64,000 nucleotides of DNA, taken from Oscillospiraceae bacterium. GTDB taxonomy: Bacteria > Bacillota > Clostridia > Oscillospirales > CAG-382. Made by a program: the position numbers and the translations under genes. A model generated the notes under the pieces. That model was not told where the DNA came from. It saw only the letters and a list, made by a program, of their open reading frames with translations, and ran no database searches. The stretch lies in contig SVRW01000008.1 of the NCBI GenBank assembly GCA_015064625.1, forward strand, positions 87 through 64,086. Direction: 5' to 3'. Below, piece by piece: positions 38,094 to 45,798 of the stretch (the stretch's first letter is position 1; each line of letters opens with the position of its first letter).

Positions 38094-40448
38094 TCATTCC
38101 TGATTAAGAATATATTTTTTAACAGCCAGATAATCTGCAGTTGAAACTCTACCGTCGAAATCGGAATCTGACTCTTTTATCTGTTCTTTTGTAAGCTTTG
38201 ACACGCCCAGGAAATGAGCCTTTATTTTCAGATAGTCAAAAACCGTATATTTCCCGTCACAATCAACGTCTCCTCTCGGCTCAACAGACCAAAAGGCATT
38301 TTTTTCAACTTTGGTGGAAAGGGGAATGTCGTAATATACAAGCTTCTCGCATCTTCCGAATGCGTATTGACCGATTCGGTTCAGATTTGAAGGCAGGGTT
38401 ACTGTTGAAAAATTATCGCAATAATAGAATGCGTAGTCGTCTATTTCTCTGACGGATTCGGGTAAATTTACGGTTATAAGGGCATCGCAAGCATAAAAAG
38501 CCATATATCCAATCAAAGAAACGCTATTCTGTATATTTATCGTTTTAAGCTTTGCACAGTTAGAAAAGGTATGCTTTCTTACTGCTCTGATTCCTTTTGG
38601 TAAAGAAATAGACGTAAGATTTTTACATTGTCTGAATGCTCCTTCTCCTATATCCTCAACACCGTCCGGAATAGTAAAGTTTTTCAAATAAGTACAATTT
38701 TCAAAGGAATAATCCCCTATTTCCTTCAAGGTTGAGGGAAACTCAAGAGCTCTTAAAGCATCAAAGGTATTAAATGCGTTGTTTCCAATTCTCGTAACGC
38801 CGTCTTTTATTTTAACAGTTCTGACAGTTGCTCTGTATACTACCCAAGGCGTATCTATAATTCCGTACTGGTTTTCAAAATAGTCGTCCATTTCGCCATC
38901 GATATAGAAAGAAAAAGTTGTTCCCTCCACCTTCCATGCATGCTTTCCATTACTTCCTGCAGCGTTTGAATGTTTAAGCAGCGGTTTTGTTTCATTGACC
39001 CCTAAAATCTGTTGCCACGAAGAATATTCCGTTCCTGCGGCTTTTACCCATGATGTAAGTGACTCAAAAAGTGCTTGAACATGATATTTTGTGTTTGTTC
39101 CGTAAAGAATATATGCCATACCGTAAGAATAGAATGTATTCTTTACAGATACGTCTGAACCGTCAGGGAAAAGATCAAATCCTTTCAACCCTTCGCATTC
39201 AGAAATCCCAGAAAAATAACAGTTATTTATACTTACACCCAAAGGATTAGCAACAATACCTGCAGATATGCAAATTTTTTCAGCAGGTGGTATGTCTTCT
39301 TCAGACGTTTCCTCAGAAACATCTTCTGACACCAATTCAGAAAAATCTTCCGATACAACTTCTGATATTTCTTCATACAGTAATTCAGAGCTTTCTACCG
39401 TTGTTTCCTTTGATTCTTCCGGAGATAAATCAAGAACTTCTTCAAAATATAAAGCTGAATAAACCGCTCCATTAACAAAAGAATTTTCAATTTTTCCCGA
39501 AAAGCTTCCCGCGATTCCTCCACAAATGGACATATTTGAAGAAGAACAATAAACAACACCACTGAATGAATTATTTATAAGGATTGCCTCTTCCAAGGAA
39601 GCTCCAAGTATACCGCCTGAAACAGCTTGTTCTCCGTCAGCAGTCAATATTCCCTCGGAATTACAGCAGGAAATGTTTACCGCCTCTCCAGCAAGTCCCA
39701 AAACGCCTGCGGTATAGCGTGAATAAGAATAAAGGTCAACACCACCTGAGCAGGAAAATATATCCGTATATTCAGCATACGCTGCAATGCCGCCTGCACA
39801 CTCACCACCATTTGATGCTACGTTGCAAGCTGAAACGTTAAGATAAACTTTTGAACGTGCTTCACTTGAACCGCTGATTTCGCCAACGATACCACCCGTC
39901 CTCGCGTTCCCTTCAACCTTTCCCGCAAAAACACAACCGCTTATTTCACCATTAGCTTTACCAACAATACCGCCTGCATTTTTATCTCCGTAAACATATC
40001 CCTTAACGGTAAGATTTTTTACAATTCCACCGTCTGAAACCCCAAAGAAGCCTCCTATATCGTTTTCGTGTCCCACGAAAATACCGCTTACAGAACATTC
40101 ATTTCCGTCAAAAATACCCTTGAAAGGAATTTTCTCTGTTCCGATAGGTATCCATTCTTCTCCACCTGCAAGAATATATTCCCCATCGAAAGAAGATACA
40201 CTCGCGACAGATACGTTGTTTTTTAAAACTATTGTATACCCTTCAAAACTGGGATTTGACGGATAGTTTTCCGTTCCTTCGCTTATAAGACCGCTACATA
40301 CAGCGGATATCCATCTGAGCTGAGAAGCTGACGTTACCGTATAAGTGTTTTCGCTTAAAATAGGGGGCGTAAACGTTGCACCGTCTGCTAAAAATCCCAA
40401 TGAAATTAACATACAAAAACACAAAAACACACAAACGATTCTTTTCAT
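38094..40448 (-). CDS. secreted GLUG-repeat + BspA-type LRR protein with C-terminal dockerin
   Basis: Signal peptide MKRIVCVFLCFCMLISLGFLA. Repeated GGIVG/GGIAG/GGILG (GLUG-like) turns. Acidic SE-rich linker. LRR_5-type repeats (IGNNAFxxFxxLxxLEFP...). C-terminal GDVDCDGKYTVFDYLKIK...DSDFDGRVSTADYLAVKKYIL. Confidence 0.65.
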   Translation of the reverse strand: MKRIVCVFLCFCMLISLGFLADGATFTPPILSENTYTVTSASQLRWISAVCSGLISEGTENYPSNPSFEGYTIVLKNNVSVASVSSFDGEYILAGGEEWIPIGTEKIPFKGIFDGNECSVSGIFVGHENDIGGFFGVSDGGIVKNLTVKGYVYGDKNAGGIVGKANGEISGCVFAGKVEGNARTGGIVGEISGSSEARSKVYLNVSACNVASNGGECAGGIAAYAEYTDIFSCSGGVDLYSYSRYTAGVLGLAGEAVNISCCNSEGILTADGEQAVSGGILGASLEEAILINNSFSGVVYCSSSNMSICGGIAGSFSGKIENSFVNGAVYSALYFEEVLDLSPEESKETTVESSELLYEEISEVVSEDFSELVSEDVSEETSEEDIPPAEKICISAGIVANPLGVSINNCYFSGISECEGLKGFDLFPDGSDVSVKNTFYSYGMAYILYGTNTKYHVQALFESLTSWVKAAGTEYSSWQQILGVNETKPLLKHSNAAGSNGKHAWKVEGTTFSFYIDGEMDDYFENQYGIIDTPWVVYRATVRTVKIKDGVTRIGNNAFNTFDALRALEFPSTLKEIGDYSFENCTYLKNFTIPDGVEDIGEGAFRQCKNLTSISLPKGIRAVRKHTFSNCAKLKTINIQNSVSLIGYMAFYACDALITVNLPESVREIDDYAFYYCDNFSTVTLPSNLNRIGQYAFGRCEKLVYYDIPLSTKVEKNAFWSVEPRGDVDCDGKYTVFDYLKIKAHFLGVSKLTKEQIKESDSDFDGRVSTADYLAVKKYILNQE

Positions 40449-40504
40449 TTTTCCCCCTTCATTTTCTTAAATACTACATTTTTCGACTATAAACAAAAAA
40501 TAAA

Positions 40505-40608
40505 ACAGGCAATAAGGAAACAACTAAATTCGAATTATCTCTTGCCTTTTGCCTACTGCCTCTTGCCTTATGTCTTTGGGGATGTTACACGAATTGTGCA
40601 ACATCCCC
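40505..40608. repeat. interspersed repeat family, copy D (heptamer arm + GC hairpin)
   Basis: acaggcaataagg...aaattcgaattat, then ctcttgc cttttgc ctactgc ctcttgc ctta (40538-40570), then the hairpin ggggatgttacac-gaatt-gtgcaacatcccc (40578-40608). Lies 24 nt 3' of the GHL10 gene stop. Confidence 0.6.
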
Positions 40609-40631
40609 TCTTCAGATTATTCTGTTTTCAA

Positions 40632-42152
40632 TCAATATTTAATAACTTTACCTTTGATTTTAGTGGTTAAATAAGGTTTAGCGTTATTAACCTCTTCTGC
40701 GGTCAATGGGTTTGGAGTACCCTTGAGGGGATCAAACATATACTGATAGCAGAAAATCGCATATCCGCTGAAGTCAGGCTGTTTTACAGCAAATTCGAAG
40801 CACTTTTTGATAACGTCCTTGTTATGAATCCATTCTTCCTTACCTGCACCTGCGTATGCATCAGCTTCACCTCTTGAACCTGCCTGTGCCTTACCAAGAG
40901 TCATACCTGCATAAAGCTTGATCTTGGGATTTGTAATTGCGTCTGACCAACGCTGATACGTTGAGGAGAAGCTCCACGAGGAATGCTCCATACCAAAATA
41001 AATCTGAGGCATGATATAGTCAACATAACCGTCCTGTGAAAGCCACGTTTTAATATCGGCATAATAAGTTGTAGGCATTTTGTCAATGTTACCCGCAGGG
41101 GAAATACCGAACATAACGTTTTTATTTTCTTCTTTAATTGCGGAATAGATACCTGAAACCAAAGCGTTAAGATTGTTATATCTGAACTGCTGGAGAGTAA
41201 GGGTAGGTTTCTGTTTACGAGCCTTTTCGTATGCCTTTTTGTCGAATTCGGGCTCTTCGCCCCAGTAGAAATAGTCGTCCATATGAACGCCGTCAACATC
41301 GTAGTTACGAACGATTTCAGCAGCACCGTTTATAATAAGCTCACGAACTTCTTCGTAAGAAATATTCAAATAAAGAAGACCATCATCACCGCGGCCGTAA
41401 AGGTAATCGTTTTTGGATGCTTTTCCCGCCCAACTTGCCATGGGATAGAAAGTTTTTATTTTCCCAAGATTATCAGAGGACATACCTCTCATGGGGTTGA
41501 TCCATGCATGGAAGCTGAGACCCTTTTCATGAGCAAGTTCAACCATTATCTGAAGTGCATCATATTTTGCATATTTGCCGTAAGAGCCAAGAATATAATG
41601 AGAAGCGGGATAATATGCAGAAGGATAAAAGCTGTCTGCGTTAGGACGAACCTGAACGATAACCGTGTTGAATCCAAGATCTACCAAATTATCAAACGCT
41701 TTGGAAACAACCTTTTTGAAGTTGGATTCAGAACGCTGTGTTGTTCCGTTGTCTCCGTTTTTGTAAACGCTTGTGAAGTCAAACTGGGATATCCACATTG
41801 CCTTCATCTTGTCGTAGTTAAGGGGAACGTAGTCGCTGTTGGCACCTTTGTCCTTAAAACCTCTTTTTTTGAGAGTTTTATCTGTGTTTGAAACTCTGAG
41901 GAACTGTTTATATCCTTCTTTGTCAATGTATTCTCCTGAAGAAGCATCTTCGGAAGTATCCGTAGAAGCATCTGTGGAAACGTCAACAGAAGTATCTGTG
42001 GAAGCATCCGCGGAAGCGTCTGCGGAAGTATTGGTAGAAGTATCAGCAGAATTTTCTGATTTGCTTTCTTCTGAGCTTTCATTACCACCACATGCACACA
42101 ATGCGAAAAGCGTAGCTGCAGCAAGTAACAATGCCATAATTTTCTTTAACAT
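40632..42152 (-). CDS. lipoprotein, glycosyl-hydrolase-like family 10 (GHL10/DUF187, YngK-like)
   Basis: GGAGG RBS. Lipobox LFALCACGG. Thr/Asp/Ser/Ala-rich linker. TIM-barrel-like body with VIVQVRPNADSFYPS, FHAWINP and DGVHMDDYFYW motifs recalled from GHL10 proteins. Confidence 0.6.
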   Translation of the reverse strand: MLKKIMALLLAAATLFALCACGGNESSEESKSENSADTSTNTSADASADASTDTSVDVSTDASTDTSEDASSGEYIDKEGYKQFLRVSNTDKTLKKRGFKDKGANSDYVPLNYDKMKAMWISQFDFTSVYKNGDNGTTQRSESNFKKVVSKAFDNLVDLGFNTVIVQVRPNADSFYPSAYYPASHYILGSYGKYAKYDALQIMVELAHEKGLSFHAWINPMRGMSSDNLGKIKTFYPMASWAGKASKNDYLYGRGDDGLLYLNISYEEVRELIINGAAEIVRNYDVDGVHMDDYFYWGEEPEFDKKAYEKARKQKPTLTLQQFRYNNLNALVSGIYSAIKEENKNVMFGISPAGNIDKMPTTYYADIKTWLSQDGYVDYIMPQIYFGMEHSSWSFSSTYQRWSDAITNPKIKLYAGMTLGKAQAGSRGEADAYAGAGKEEWIHNKDVIKKCFEFAVKQPDFSGYAIFCYQYMFDPLKGTPNPLTAEEVNNAKPYLTTKIKGKVIKY

Positions 42153-42207
42153 TTTTTTCCTCCTGGGGATATTATATTTTTAAATTTCACAAAGCTGAAT
42201 ATGTATT

Positions 42208-42708
42208 TTATTTGTTTTCTTTATCTTTAAGAACTGCAAGAATTTCTTTCAATGTAGAAGCCGTAACTTCTTCAGGAGTAGGCTCTGCAGGAGCGGGAGC
42301 AGCTTCTTCTTCCTTTTCTTCTTCCTCTTTCTTTCTCAAAGCTTCTGCCTTTGATTTGATAGACATAACAACCTTCAAGGTGCAGAAAAGACAGAATGCA
42401 ACGATAAGAAAATCAATAACACTCTTTACAAATAAGCCGTAATTAAGAGTTACAGCCTCGGTAACAACAGTTGTGACGCCGTCAACCGTTTCAGTAACAG
42501 CTTCTTTAAGAACCGCCTTTGCATCTGCAAGGGACGCCGTATTGATAGCAAGACCAATAAGCGGATTGATAATATTATCAACCAAAGAAGTAACAATAGC
42601 TTTGAAAGCAGCACCGATAACAACACCGATTGCCATATCAAGCACGTTGCCCTTTGCGATAAATTCTTTGAATTCGGTTATAAAACCTTTCTTTTTTTCT
42701 TTTGCCAT
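42208..42708 (-). CDS. mscL: large-conductance mechanosensitive channel
   Basis: [45 protein letters not shown] is the canonical MscL TM1 region. Extended Glu/Lys/Ala/Pro-rich C-terminus. Confidence 0.9.
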   Translation of the reverse strand: MAKEKKKGFITEFKEFIAKGNVLDMAIGVVIGAAFKAIVTSLVDNIINPLIGLAINTASLADAKAVLKEAVTETVDGVTTVVTEAVTLNYGLFVKSVIDFLIVAFCLFCTLKVVMSIKSKAEALRKKEEEEKEEEAAPAPAEPTPEEVTASTLKEILAVLKDKENK

Positions 42709-42750
42709 AACAAGTGGGAAAAACCCATCCTCCTCTCTTTTACTTTTACA

Positions 42751-42779
42751 AGTTTATCAAAATTTTTTCTGTTTGTCAA
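42751..42779 (-). promoter_or_regulatory. sigma-A-type promoter for mscL
   Basis: Minus strand reads TTGACA (42779-42774), a 17-nt spacer, then TAAACT (42756-42751). Confidence 0.5.
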
Positions 42780-42833
42780 TAGCTTTTTGTATATATCTGC
42801 TGATAATATTTTACTTCCCTACACAAGCGTTTC

Positions 42834-42860
42834 ACAGATTTTAGCTTACCGCATAGTATA
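42834..42860 (+). promoter_or_regulatory. candidate mother-cell (sigma-K/sigma-E-like) promoter
   Basis: AC (42834-42835), a 16-nt spacer, then CATAGTATA (42852-42860), which fits the B. subtilis sigma-K pattern AC-N16/17-CATA---TA. No TTGACA-like -35 is present for the embedded TATAAT. Confidence 0.3.
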
Positions 42861-42927
42861 ATGGTAGATACGGTTATTCGTATTTATTACCATTGTATTA
42901 TAAAGTATAACAACGGAGGAAAATCTC

Positions 42928-43764
42928 ATGGGTGAAAAACAACCCCTCGGTGGATTCTGTTCAAGATCCAACGATCCACTTTGCTGTATAAGCGTTAATA
43001 AGGTTTTTGACTCTGCGAAAGACAAAGATTGCCTTGAAGACGTAAAAGTTTACGTACCCGATTGCTATCAGGAGCTTCTCGACAGAGCTACCGCCATAAG
43101 ATGCAAATCTGTAAAGGTTGCAGGAACAAACATAAGCGTTGAACCTGTTCCTTTCAACAAAGGATACTTTCAGGTTTGTATCAGATATTATTTCTGCATA
43201 ACCCTTGAAGTCTGCGTTTGCGGTGGGAAATCCGCAGAGCTTTGCGGGCTTGCCGTTTTCGATAAAAAAATCATTTTGTTCGGAAGTGAAAAGAACGTCA
43301 ACATTTTCAAATCCAATCCTGATTGCAACGATTTCTGTCCCGATGCCAGCGACGTAAAATGCGATCTTCAGCCCTCTCTCCCAACAGTTGTGCTTGAAGT
43401 TGCAGAACCTATTTGTCTGGACGCAAAAATAGTCGAAAAATGCAAAAGATTCGGAAATTGCCGTACCCACGTTGACACGATTCCGGACTGCATCCGCGGA
43501 TGCTTCGAAGGTAATCTGGTTGACGGCTACGGTGTAAACGAGCTTTTCGTTTCTATCGGTGTGTTCTCAATTATAAGAATGGAACGCCCTGTACAAATAG
43601 TTATCCCAGCCTCAAGCTTCTGCATTCCCGAAAAGGACAGTACACCTTGCGATGCCGCATCAAACCCCTGTTCCGTATTCAGCAAAATGAACTTTCCCAT
43701 TCAGGAATTTTTCCCTCAATCTCCCGACGGATGCTTGAAAATGCCTGATAAGTGTTGTAAATAA
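42928..43764 (+). CDS. cysteine-rich hypothetical protein (25 Cys in 278 aa), no family recognised
   Basis: Strong RBS GGAGG 8 nt upstream. No signal peptide or TM segment. Cys patterns CC, CxC, two Cx3C, and a terminal KCCK. Confidence 0.6.
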   Translation: MGEKQPLGGFCSRSNDPLCCISVNKVFDSAKDKDCLEDVKVYVPDCYQELLDRATAIRCKSVKVAGTNISVEPVPFNKGYFQVCIRYYFCITLEVCVCGGKSAELCGLAVFDKKIILFGSEKNVNIFKSNPDCNDFCPDASDVKCDLQPSLPTVVLEVAEPICLDAKIVEKCKRFGNCRTHVDTIPDCIRGCFEGNLVDGYGVNELFVSIGVFSIIRMERPVQIVIPASSFCIPEKDSTPCDAASNPCSVFSKMNFPIQEFFPQSPDGCLKMPDKCCK

Positions 43765-43889
43765 GGCAATAGGCAGTAGGCAGTAGTGTCGGAAGCTTTT
43801 CTCACTGCGGTCGAAAAGCAATTTTATATAATATTTTTCGACCGGCGGGAGAAAAATTTCTTTCACTCTTGCCTCCTGACCCTTGCCCG
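43764..43889. repeat. interspersed repeat family, copy C (most complete: arm-hairpin-arm palindrome)
   Basis: aaggcaataggcagtaggcagtag...ttttctcactgcggtcgaaaa-gcaattttatataat-atttttcgaccggcgggagaaaa...ctcttgcctcctgacccttgccc. Starts on the stop codon of the Cys-rich gene. Confidence 0.8.
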
Positions 43890-43892
43890 AAT

Positions 43893-43929
43893 AAATCAAA
43901 AAGAGCTGCAAGACAGCTCTTTTTGATTT
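43893..43929. terminator. bidirectional terminator between convergent genes
   Basis: aaatcaaaaagagctg (43893-43908) pairs with cagctctttttgattt (43914-43929). The 16-bp stem has A/T-rich ends, giving U-runs in both directions. Confidence 0.7.
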
Positions 43930-44842
43930 ATTTCTTCATAAACTCTCTGATTTCTTTTTCGCTTGGCAAGGCTTCAAATCCACCTTCTTTACTTCCCGTG
44001 ATAGCAGCGGCAGCAGAAGCAAATTCCGCGGAATCCTTTATATTATCCGTTCTCAAATATGAAATGGTAAGAGCAGAAACGAAGGCTTCTCTGCAACCGT
44101 TTGAATCAACTACAGGAACGTCCCAAGGCATAATAAAATCACAATATTTTCCGTCGTATATGTAATATCCCTTTTCTTCCATATCAATTATGGTATATTT
44201 GATATTCGCTTTTGAATTAAGCTTTATACATCCATTCATACGGTCATCTATAGTTTTCACTGTCAATCCGGTAAGGACAGACAGATTTTCATCGCTAAGG
44301 ATAACAATATCCGCAGACTTGAAGGAAAGCACGTCTGTTTCACTCTTTGCACCCGTTGCATCGAGAATAAATTTTGTGTTCTGCATGGAAGCACAACGGC
44401 TTGCCGTACTTACAACCTCTAATGGAAGCTCCAACGTGGTTATTACCGCATCGGGCATAACGTTGAAAGAGGTTTCAACGTCTGTTGAATTTATAAAACG
44501 CGAAGAAGAAGGAATGTATATCTCACCGCTTTTGTTTTCAAAGGAAAAATTCATTGACGTCTGAGCGTTACGGCAAATTTTAATATATCTGTTTTCAACT
44601 CTTTCATCTGAAAGAATTCGTCTGAAAGTATTTCCGAACATATCATCGCCCAAAGCCGTACAGAACATTGAGCCCCATCCGAGACGGGAAATGGCTATTG
44701 CCGTATTTGCACCTCTGCCACCTGCGGAAAATCTGTATTTATCAGATTCAAGCTTTTTCTTTTCATCACTTACAGCATAAGGCGTTCCAATTTTCAGTTC
44801 TATTATAGAAAGCCCTATGGTTAAAATATTTCCCCTGATCAT
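43928..44842 (-). CDS. PfkB-family carbohydrate kinase (ribokinase-like)
   Basis: ORF track 43928..44869. The ATG at 44842 follows AAAGGAGA. GGRGANTAIAISRLG (GG switch region). The C-terminal nucleotide-binding region reads VVDSNGCREAF instead of the usual DTxGAGDxF. Confidence 0.75.
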   Translation of the reverse strand: MIRGNILTIGLSIIELKIGTPYAVSDEKKKLESDKYRFSAGGRGANTAIAISRLGWGSMFCTALGDDMFGNTFRRILSDERVENRYIKICRNAQTSMNFSFENKSGEIYIPSSSRFINSTDVETSFNVMPDAVITTLELPLEVVSTASRCASMQNTKFILDATGAKSETDVLSFKSADIVILSDENLSVLTGLTVKTIDDRMNGCIKLNSKANIKYTIIDMEEKGYYIYDGKYCDFIMPWDVPVVDSNGCREAFVSALTISYLRTDNIKDSAEFASAAAAITGSKEGGFEALPSEKEIREFMKK

Positions 44843-44877
44843 TCGGTTCTCCTTTCTGGAAATTTTCAAAAACTATC

Positions 44878-45630
44878 CTATTTTTTTCCTGCGAATCCAC
44901 TGTATACGGAATTCGTATAAATGCTTTTTGGCTTTTCCTTTTGGTTCTCGATACAAGTACAATATCCTTCAGCGTTTTCACCGCCCTTGAACATAAGCTG
45001 AACAAAGCCCCAATTTCCTGAAGAAACGCCAGCTCTGTTAACTGCAATGTAACCGTCGTTTGTAACTACTATTTCTATAAAGCTCTGTTCTTCTCCTTTT
45101 TCATTGAAATTCGAAAGTCTGATTTTTCTTGTTTCTTTGGAAAGAGAAAGCTCATATTTTTTATTTGTAGGCTGACTACCAACGGTAAGGTTCAACTCAA
45201 TTTTATAAACTCCGTCAGATGATTTGGAAATGGAAGTCACGTTATGAGTATAAGTGTTGCTTTTGTTTTCATATTCATATGCCGTCTGAATAGCCGCAAA
45301 CAGCTCATTAGGACAAAATACCCCTTTAAGACGGGAAATCTTTTTATTTTCCGCAACTTCCGAAAACGCCTCTTCAATAACCTTTGGAAGCTTTGTTTTT
45401 ACTATTGCTTCAGAAAATCCGTCAAAAGCTTCAGCAGTAAGCCAATTAAAGTATCCACCTGTCAGCTTAATCGCCTCTTCATCCTTAACGACGTTCGTAG
45501 CTCCGCTCTTGCTGACGTTGCCTTCATCAGTCATATTGCCCTTATTGCCGTCGCTGCATGAACCAAGCAAAAGCATAGATACAACAAGCAATACCATCAA
45601 AATACATCTTATATTCTTTTTGAATACCAT
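44878..45630 (-). CDS. hypothetical lipoprotein
   Basis: AAGGAG RBS. Lipobox LLLGSCSDG. No recognisable domain. Confidence 0.6.
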   Translation of the reverse strand: MVFKKNIRCILMVLLVVSMLLLGSCSDGNKGNMTDEGNVSKSGATNVVKDEEAIKLTGGYFNWLTAEAFDGFSEAIVKTKLPKVIEEAFSEVAENKKISRLKGVFCPNELFAAIQTAYEYENKSNTYTHNVTSISKSSDGVYKIELNLTVGSQPTNKKYELSLSKETRKIRLSNFNEKGEEQSFIEIVVTNDGYIAVNRAGVSSGNWGFVQLMFKGGENAEGYCTCIENQKEKPKSIYTNSVYSGFAGKK

Positions 45631-45706
45631 AAATTCATAACTCCTTTAAATCGCCTTGTTTTTCAAATTATACATTCTTTAGCATTGTACCATAAATAAA
45701 ATGAAT

Positions 45707-45738
45707 TTTCAACGGTTTTTTATAAAAAACCGTTGAAA
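45707..45738. promoter_or_regulatory. perfect 15+15-bp palindrome in a divergent promoter region (operator candidate)
   Basis: tttcaacggtttttt (45707-45721), at, aaaaaaccgttgaaa (45724-45738). The right arm contains the -35 of the plus-strand promoter. Confidence 0.35.
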
Positions 45739-45761
45739 ACGGTAAAAAAATATTGTATACT
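45733..45761 (+). promoter_or_regulatory. sigma-A-type promoter for the serine-hydrolase/flavin-reductase pair
   Basis: TTGAAA (45733-45738), a 17-nt spacer, then TATACT (45756-45761). Confidence 0.5.
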
Positions 45762-45798
45762 AACCTTGTACTAACAAAAGTTAGAAAGAGATTCTGAA

